Shown one piece after another: positions 25,919 to 32,000 of a DNA stretch of 32,000 bases (the stretch's first letter is position 1; every line of letters starts with the position of its first letter). The notes beneath the pieces are model-generated. The model was not told the origin of the DNA, searched no databases, and saw nothing but the letters and a program-made list of their open reading frames with translations. The stretch covers positions 2,070,001-2,102,000 of the forward strand of contig NC_014537.1 of the NCBI RefSeq assembly GCF_000148385.1, read 5' to 3'. This DNA comes from Vulcanisaeta distributa DSM 14429 (lineage in GTDB: Archaea; Thermoproteota; Thermoprotei; Thermoproteales; Thermocladiaceae). A program made the translations under genes and the position numbers.

Positions 25919-26391
25919 TTGCTGGCCTTTGACATTGTATGGAACAATGTAATTAATGCTCATAACTCAGACCTAGACTTTAGGATGGTCATTAGGGTCC
26001 ACCTTCATAGGGATAATGTTGAGAGCGTTAAGTCCCTGCTTAAGAAATTCGCCGAGACGTTAAGAGACGATGGCAAGTTCTTCTTCCACATAAGGTCCTA
26101 GCGAGGTTAGGTGAACTAAATGATGATAGGGTTTACCCAGTCAGTGATGGTGTTGTTAAGGAGGTTAAGGGATACGCAAGGTCGCCTGGGTCAAAGCCTT
26201 TTGAGTTATCATTACCGTATATATGCTATGCATTGTGATTCAACTCGCTCATAGTGATGCCTAATGGAACATTAAATAAGTGTACGATTAAGTTATACGA
26301 GGACATTGATAGAATCGATAGGTTAAATAATGATGGGACGTTAATGATTAATAAGGATAAATTACTATGGTGGGTTAAGTATCATAAATAA
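25919..26391 (+). pseudogene. C-terminal remnant of a radical-SAM enzyme with a SPASM/twitch-type auxiliary domain
   Basis: Segment 1 (frame 2) reads ...FRMVIRVHLHRDNVESVKSLLKKFAETLRDDGKFFFHIR. After a frameshift near 26100, segment 2 reads LGELNDDRVYPVSDG...PYICYAL*FNSLIVMPNGTLNKCT...DGTLMINKDKLLWW. That segment has an in-frame TGA at 26236-26238 and a Cx13Gx4C spacing. No CxxxCxxC core is visible upstream. Confidence 0.6.
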
Positions 26392-26435
26392 TGACTTAAA
26401 AACAGCAGCATGCCTGGCATTTAGTAAAGAGGGCT

Positions 26436-27722
26436 ATGACTAAGCTACTAAATAGCCTATTTAATAGGTACCGAAATATCCTAAGCATTAGGGATGTGGC
26501 TTTGCTTGTTTATTCTAATGTCTTTGTTTATGCCGCGAGGGGTATAGTGCTGTTTGTGGTGTTCATCCTGGGTTTTGATACCATGAGGATCTTCGGCGTA
26601 GCCCTAACCTATGCATTACTCGTACCAGCATCAATGATGAGATTATTCAGTGGAGTGGTAATTGACGTATTCGGCCGTGAAAGGCAGGCGTTAATAATTG
26701 GTAATGCGTTAATGTCCGTGCTTTTTATGGTAGCCTTCCTGACGCTGAGCATGATTGGTATCAATAGCCTTAGCTTAATCATAATACTCATAATCACCAT
26801 GGCAGCCTTAGGCATGCTCTCAGCGATTAATGTTGTTAGGAATGCATTGGTTAAGGAACTGCTCAATAATGATAATGAGAAGATAACACTATATACATCA
26901 CTTAACAATACATTAATATCGATCATGTCCATAGCCCTAGCCGTGGTCTCGGGGTACCTACTATACCTAAGCATTGAAATAGCTAAGTACTTATTCCTCG
27001 CCTCGGCGCTATTCCTCACCGCATCAATAATGCCACTTGCCTCGGTAAGGCACCAGGGTAGAGTTGTCGAGGATACGAATATCCAAGTCATTAGGCGGGG
27101 CTTTGTTAGGTTTGGGGAGTTATTTAAGGGGAATACCGGCTTTAAAGTTATAATCCTGACGATAACGGTCACTTACTTATCAATAATATCTCTTGACGTA
27201 CTGAGTTACAGCATATTATCTCTATATTACAATGTGGCCCTACTTGCAGGTATTGACAGTGTATTTGGTTATGCCGGTGCGATGATCGGTTCTATGCTCA
27301 CGCCTAGGTTTAGGGTCAGTAGGTTAAGGGTTATTTACGCGATCTTAACCACAGCATTAATCATTGGTCTAGGCTTCGGCGTGATACCCATGCTCATTAG
27401 GGGCATGGTTATTGCCGTACCACTGCTATTCATGGTAAACCTCATTTATAACATATTCATTAATGCATTCTTCACGGCGGTTACGAGTATTCTCATTTCC
27501 ATAGTTCCACGTAGTGAGTTTGGAATTGTTTATTCATCTGCATGGGTATTATTCACAGCATCGCAGATAACAAGCGCCATTATCTGGGCCTTCATAGGCT
27601 CGGTTATTGGCGCACCAAAAGCCATGATAACCGCCATGGCAACAGGAATAATGGCATCTCTCATATTTAATATAGTTTACGGCAGGGTAAGTTTCGAGGA
27701 AAGGAAAGATGGGGAGAAATAA
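26436..27722 (+). CDS. MFS-like multi-pass transporter
   Basis: 428 aa with about 12 hydrophobic helices and a central cytoplasmic loop (RHQGRVVEDTNIQVIRRGF). The long antisense ORF 26609-27172 is a typical shadow ORF. Confidence 0.55.
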   Translation: MTKLLNSLFNRYRNILSIRDVALLVYSNVFVYAARGIVLFVVFILGFDTMRIFGVALTYALLVPASMMRLFSGVVIDVFGRERQALIIGNALMSVLFMVAFLTLSMIGINSLSLIIILIITMAALGMLSAINVVRNALVKELLNNDNEKITLYTSLNNTLISIMSIALAVVSGYLLYLSIEIAKYLFLASALFLTASIMPLASVRHQGRVVEDTNIQVIRRGFVRFGELFKGNTGFKVIILTITVTYLSIISLDVLSYSILSLYYNVALLAGIDSVFGYAGAMIGSMLTPRFRVSRLRVIYAILTTALIIGLGFGVIPMLIRGMVIAVPLLFMVNLIYNIFINAFFTAVTSILISIVPRSEFGIVYSSAWVLFTASQITSAIIWAFIGSVIGAPKAMITAMATGIMASLIFNIVYGRVSFEERKDGEK

Positions 27723-27843
27723 GGGCGAACCCAAATAATGGACAGGCAAAGACTTAAGGAACTTAATTAATACGTGACAGTCCTCTAGAGTGGTTGTGGT
27801 GTTGTAATAGCGTTAAGTAATTAAATAGGTATGGAGGTTAGTC

Positions 27844-29733
27844 ATGAGCATTATGCCGATTGATTATAGGGCTGTTGGGCTTAAGGTTGGCTTGGAGATA
27901 CATGTTCAATTGAATACGGGTAGGAAGTTATTCTGTAATTGCCCGCCGATTGTCAGGAATGATGAGCCTCATTTTAGGGTTATTAGGAGGTTGAGACCTA
28001 GTATGAGTGAGCTTGGTGAGGTTGATCCGGCGGCTATTTGGGAGTTTAGGAAGCATAGGACCTTCGTTTATGAGGGTTATTACGACACCACATGCCTCGT
28101 GGAGCTCGATGAGGAGCCGCCACATGACCCAGACCCTGACTCGCTTGAGGTTGCCCTTGCCGTTGCCATGATGTTTAATGCCAAGATATTTGATGAGGTT
28201 TACGTAATGAGGAAGACGGTCATAGACGGTTCAAACACCTCGGGCTTCCAGAGGACCATGCTTATTGCGCATGATGGTCTCGCTAAATTCTTTGATTATA
28301 AGGTGCCCATACAGACGATAGCCCTTGAGGAGGATGCGGCTAGGAAGATTGAGGAGAGGGGTGACACAGTTGTTTATAGGCTTGATAGGCTCGGTATACC
28401 ACTTATCGAGATATCCACGGGAATACTCACGTACAGCCCTCAGGAGGTTATGGAGGTGGCCTACTACATTGGGCATAGCATTAAGATGACGGGTAAGGCC
28501 AAGAGGGGTCTTGGCACGGTTAGGCAGGACGTGAATGTATCCATTGAGGGCGGTGCTAAGACGGAGATTAAGGGTGTTCCAGACCTCAGCCTGATACCCA
28601 AGGTCATTGAGTACGAGGTTCAGCGCCAATTAAATCTATTGGCTATCCGTGATGAATTAATCAAGAGGGGCGTGAGGGAGGACTGGTTTGTTAAGGATTT
28701 CGTTGATGTCACCGACATATTCTCATCCACCAAATCCAACCTAATCAGGAAGGTCCTCGATAGTGGCGGTAAGGTGATAGCAATAAAGACGCCAGGCCTA
28801 AAGGGCATATTGGGTAAGGAGGTTCAGCCAAATAGGAGGTTTGGCACGGAGTTGGCGGATAGGGTTAGGGTCTGGACAAGCCTGTCCGGCCTAATACATA
28901 GCGATGAATTACCTGGCTATGGAATAACAGCTGAGGAGGTTTCCAGGGTATCCTCGAGGCTTGGTGTTGATTCATTCATACTCCTTGCGGGTACGTCGGA
29001 TAGGGACTTGGTGGATGCCGTGGACGTAATAATCGACAGAATCAGGGAGGCATTACACGGTGTTCCTGAGGAAACGAGGGCGGCTAACCCAGACGGCACG
29101 ACAAGGTTCATGAGGCCCAGACCCGGCGCCGCGAGGATGTATCCAGAGACTGACCTTAGGCCCATAAGGATTACCGAGGAAATGCTGGCGAGGGCCAAGG
29201 CATTGATTCCAGAACCCATTGAGTCCAGGGTGGGTAGGTACGTCAGCTATGGCATGAGTAGGGAATTAGCGATGCAGGTAATAAAGTCCCCATTTTACGA
29301 CCTAATTGATTACCTAATAAGTGAGTTCCAGGGCAGGGTATCAGCCACGTTAATAGCTAACACAGTCGTGAACACCATGAAGTCGCTCCAGAGGGATGGT
29401 GTTGACGTGTCCGTGATAACCGAGGATCACCTTAAGGCGATATTCAATGAGTATGCCCAGGGCGTAATAACCAAGGAGGCGATACCCGACATAATAGCGG
29501 CGTGGAGTAAGGAACCTGACAAGCCCATCAGCGACATAATCAATAAACTGGGGCTGAGGAGGATGAGCCCTGAGGAGGTTAGGAAGTACGTAATGGAGAG
29601 GGCACCCAAGCTCGGCATAAGCGATAGGAATAAGCTCATGAATGCGTTGATGAAGGAGTTAAGGGGTAGGGCTGACCCAAGCGATATAATGGCCGCGATA
29701 GATGAGTACCAGAAGTCGCAGGGTAGTAAATAG
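27844..29733 (+). CDS. gatE: Glutamyl-tRNA(Gln) amidotransferase subunit E
   Basis: GLEIHVQLNT..KLFCNCP at the N-terminus, the GatB/E catalytic core (GSNTSGFQRT, RQDVNVS), the archaeal-specific insertion and the C-terminal YqeY-like tail are present. GGAGGT lies 5 nt upstream of the ATG. Confidence 0.92.
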   Translation: MSIMPIDYRAVGLKVGLEIHVQLNTGRKLFCNCPPIVRNDEPHFRVIRRLRPSMSELGEVDPAAIWEFRKHRTFVYEGYYDTTCLVELDEEPPHDPDPDSLEVALAVAMMFNAKIFDEVYVMRKTVIDGSNTSGFQRTMLIAHDGLAKFFDYKVPIQTIALEEDAARKIEERGDTVVYRLDRLGIPLIEISTGILTYSPQEVMEVAYYIGHSIKMTGKAKRGLGTVRQDVNVSIEGGAKTEIKGVPDLSLIPKVIEYEVQRQLNLLAIRDELIKRGVREDWFVKDFVDVTDIFSSTKSNLIRKVLDSGGKVIAIKTPGLKGILGKEVQPNRRFGTELADRVRVWTSLSGLIHSDELPGYGITAEEVSRVSSRLGVDSFILLAGTSDRDLVDAVDVIIDRIREALHGVPEETRAANPDGTTRFMRPRPGAARMYPETDLRPIRITEEMLARAKALIPEPIESRVGRYVSYGMSRELAMQVIKSPFYDLIDYLISEFQGRVSATLIANTVVNTMKSLQRDGVDVSVITEDHLKAIFNEYAQGVITKEAIPDIIAAWSKEPDKPISDIINKLGLRRMSPEEVRKYVMERAPKLGISDRNKLMNALMKELRGRADPSDIMAAIDEYQKSQGSK

Positions 29734-29952
29734 TTCTTGGCATTATTATTTGTTGAGTCATCAGTTTATCATTTGATAATGTAAATGTAATAGGTAAAAC
29801 TCAAGGTTAATTATGCGTTATAGGTTAGTGCCAATGATAAAATTATGGGCAACATTCCTACCCTGTGTTTTTATTTACACTTATCGTAATTATATATTTT
29901 ATATCAACTGACTGATAAGGCATAAAAATATTTTATATAGTTATGCCCCACC

Positions 29953-31311
29953 ATGGGCTCCAGAATTCCAGTGGCCGGTCGCTTAGAAAGACTGCCCTGG
30001 ACTTCAATGCACACTAAATTGCTTGTTCTTCTGACTCTTGGTGAGTTCTTTGAGCTTTATGATTGGTTCGTTGGCGGCTTTGTCGCGGTTCCCTTGGCTT
30101 CTTACTTCCACGTACCCCTTGCCACATCAATTTACTATACTGTCGCCATATTCTTCCTAGGCGCCTTCGTTGGGTGTGTATTGTTCACGTATATTGGCGA
30201 TTCCATGGGTAGGAGGACTGCCCTGATAGTCAACATGGCTATAGCGGGGATTGGTTTCTTAATAACACCATTCATGCCAAATATATACTTATATGGTTTA
30301 ATGAGGTTTATAACGGGCCTTGGCGTTGGTCCTGAGTCAATACTTGTGGTTGATGTGATGACTACAGAATTCTTCCCAGCTAAGATTAGGGGTAGGGCAT
30401 TGGCTAGGGCTTATACGGCTGCCTGGATAGCGCCAATAGTAGTTGCTGCCCTTGCCTACGCTTTATTACCGCATAAGTACATTCTCTACGGCTGGCAATG
30501 GCTATATATAATTGCGGGTATCGGCGTCGTTCTGATAGTTCCATGGAGGTTCTTAATACCGGAGTCACCAAGGTGGTTAGAGAGTAGGGGTAGGTATGAA
30601 GAGGCTGATAGGATAGTGGGTATGTTCGAGGAAGCGGCCAGAAGAGAAAAAGGTGAATTACCACCGCCAATACCTGTTGAGGTCACTACAGTACAGAGAG
30701 TACCAATAAGTGACCTCTTTAAGGGCGAGTATAAAAGGAGAACAATAATGCTCTGGGTCTTCGAGTTCCTGCAGACTGGGGTTTATTACGGCTTTGCATC
30801 ATTGGCTCCGTCAGTGCTCTTTGTTAAGGGCATAACATTAGTGAAGACGCTTCAATACTCATTACTCATATACACCGGTTACTTCATTTCTTCATTAGTA
30901 TCTATATTCATAATAGATAGTGTTAAGTTTGATAGAAAGTGGCAAACTGCAGTCATAATGCTGGTCATGGGCTTTGTCGGTCTAGCCTTCGGTCTCTCAT
31001 CAACCCCAGCGGAAGCCGTGAGTACCGGCTTTCTATTTGCCTTATTAGCTAACATATTCTCGAATGCCTTTCACCAATATGCCGCTGAGCTTTACCCAAC
31101 TAGGATTAGGGCCTTCGCAGATGGTGTTCAATATGGCGTAAGTAGGTTGGGTAATTACGTATGGTTAACATTACTACCAATAGTATTGACTACATACGGC
31201 GCCGTGACTATGTACACAATAGTGCTAATACTCGCCATAGTGGTATTCCTTGACGTTGGATTACTGGGACCTAAGGCGTCGCAAATAGTCGTGGAGAAGC
31301 TGTCAAGGTAG
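29953..31311 (+). CDS. MFS transporter, sugar-porter / metabolite:H+ symporter type
   Basis: MFS motif A (GDSMGRR), the PESPRWL signature after TM6 and about 12 TM are present. An AT-rich TATA (AAAAATATTTTATATA) lies upstream. Confidence 0.85.
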   Translation: MGSRIPVAGRLERLPWTSMHTKLLVLLTLGEFFELYDWFVGGFVAVPLASYFHVPLATSIYYTVAIFFLGAFVGCVLFTYIGDSMGRRTALIVNMAIAGIGFLITPFMPNIYLYGLMRFITGLGVGPESILVVDVMTTEFFPAKIRGRALARAYTAAWIAPIVVAALAYALLPHKYILYGWQWLYIIAGIGVVLIVPWRFLIPESPRWLESRGRYEEADRIVGMFEEAARREKGELPPPIPVEVTTVQRVPISDLFKGEYKRRTIMLWVFEFLQTGVYYGFASLAPSVLFVKGITLVKTLQYSLLIYTGYFISSLVSIFIIDSVKFDRKWQTAVIMLVMGFVGLAFGLSSTPAEAVSTGFLFALLANIFSNAFHQYAAELYPTRIRAFADGVQYGVSRLGNYVWLTLLPIVLTTYGAVTMYTIVLILAIVVFLDVGLLGPKASQIVVEKLSR

Positions 31312-31370
31312 CCCAGTATTAATTGCCCCTAAATGAATTTATATTTTTAAAAATTAGGGATCTTCGTTGA

Positions 31371-31970
31371 TTATTGCCAGGAAATATCCTTGACAGAGTA
31401 TTTAAGCGATTCAAGGGTATCGCTGGGTATTTTCACGGTCTTATTCACCATTGGGTGCGATATTGAGACCGCGACCGAAGATGCATTACTGAGCATTGAG
31501 TCAAGCCCCGCCTCGCTAACCTTAAGGTAATGAATGCTCCTGGGCAGTGCGTTTGGTCCGTAATCCTCTGGGTATATTGGCTTGGCAGGTATTGCATGGT
31601 CATTAATTTTTATGCTGATGGTATTTTCAATACCCTTATACTTGGGTAATAAATTCCTTAATTCATCGTAGTTAAATACGTGGATAAACACCGTTAATGA
31701 GATCTCATCCTTCCTCGGCACCATTGGGCTATAGGTCCTCACGGCCTCCCTGAGTATGGATTCATCATCAACACCCTCTAGGTATACAGTCTCCTCTATT
31801 TGGAACCACACGGTTACTGCATCCTCGAAGAGTACGGTTATCCTATCATCAATTTTAACATACCTACTTGCTTTATAATTGCTCACTAGTTCGTAGATTC
31901 TTTCTCTCATGCTTGAGTATTGTGATGGTAAGTAGAGGTGATTTATGATTTTAAATAGATCACTTGCCAT
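31371..31970 (-). CDS. DUF3501-like protein (hypothetical)
   Basis: YVKIDDRITVLFEDAVTVWFQIEE...YSPMVPRKDEISLTVFIHV resembles my recollection of the DUF3501 pattern (R.v.lG....l.FE...T...QiqEm...YnpLiP...L.aTl). This is not confirmed. Confidence 0.45.
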   Translation of the reverse strand: MASDLFKIINHLYLPSQYSSMRERIYELVSNYKASRYVKIDDRITVLFEDAVTVWFQIEETVYLEGVDDESILREAVRTYSPMVPRKDEISLTVFIHVFNYDELRNLLPKYKGIENTISIKINDHAIPAKPIYPEDYGPNALPRSIHYLKVSEAGLDSMLSNASSVAVSISHPMVNKTVKIPSDTLESLKYSVKDISWQ

Positions 31971-32000
31971 GGTGAACGCCTTATAACTTGCCCAGTGTTT

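Noticed and set aside
26609-27172. A 187-aa minus-strand ORF inside the MFS-like transporter gene. Similar antisense ORFs occur at 3790-4188, 15667-16017, 16843-17109, 28231-28629, 28917-29219, 21710-21986, 22341-23036, 24257-25314 and 30404-30686.
   Set aside because: Each lies fully inside a longer, family-assignable gene on the other strand. Each has a low-complexity Ser/Leu/Pro/Thr-rich composition typical of shadow ORFs, and none has a promoter or SD context.
1-32000. Search for CRISPR arrays, transposases, integrases, IS terminal inverted repeats and long tandem repeats.
   Set aside because: Reading the intergenic regions showed no regularly spaced direct repeats. No ORF has recognisable Cas, transposase or integrase motifs. 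The only repeat noted is a single 12-mer pair.

Overview
This window looks like an archaeal chromosome, most likely crenarchaeal and Thermoproteales-like. That assignment is an inference from four things: the gene set (RFC small and large subunits, RtcB, GatE, TruD, archaeal uS7, GTP-dependent dephospho-CoA kinase), AT-rich TATA boxes about 25-30 nt upstream of most first-cistron start codons (leaderless style), AGG/ATA-rich codon usage, and a tRNA with an intron at a non-canonical position. Most of the window is housekeeping genes and transporters (three MFS, one APC). The most notable items are: (1) a PfV-type encapsulin shell gene with an N-terminally fused ferritin-like domain (18865-19992); (2) a tightly coupled three-gene operon made only of domains of unknown function, DUF72, then DUF4213/DUF364, then a DUF6884-like protein (5765-7875); (3) a small accessory islet (7876-9743) holding a retropepsin-like pseudogene disrupted by two compensating indels, plus a VapBC toxin-antitoxin pair; (4) tRNA-Thr(CGU) with a 21-nt intron in the anticodon stem (position 29/30), followed by about 760 bp without ORFs; (5) a 632-aa secreted protein carrying 23 N-glycosylation sequons; (6) a decayed radical-SAM/SPASM gene remnant. 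I saw no CRISPR array, transposase or integrase. All family assignments come from motif recognition by eye, with no database search, and should be confirmed with HMM or structure searches.
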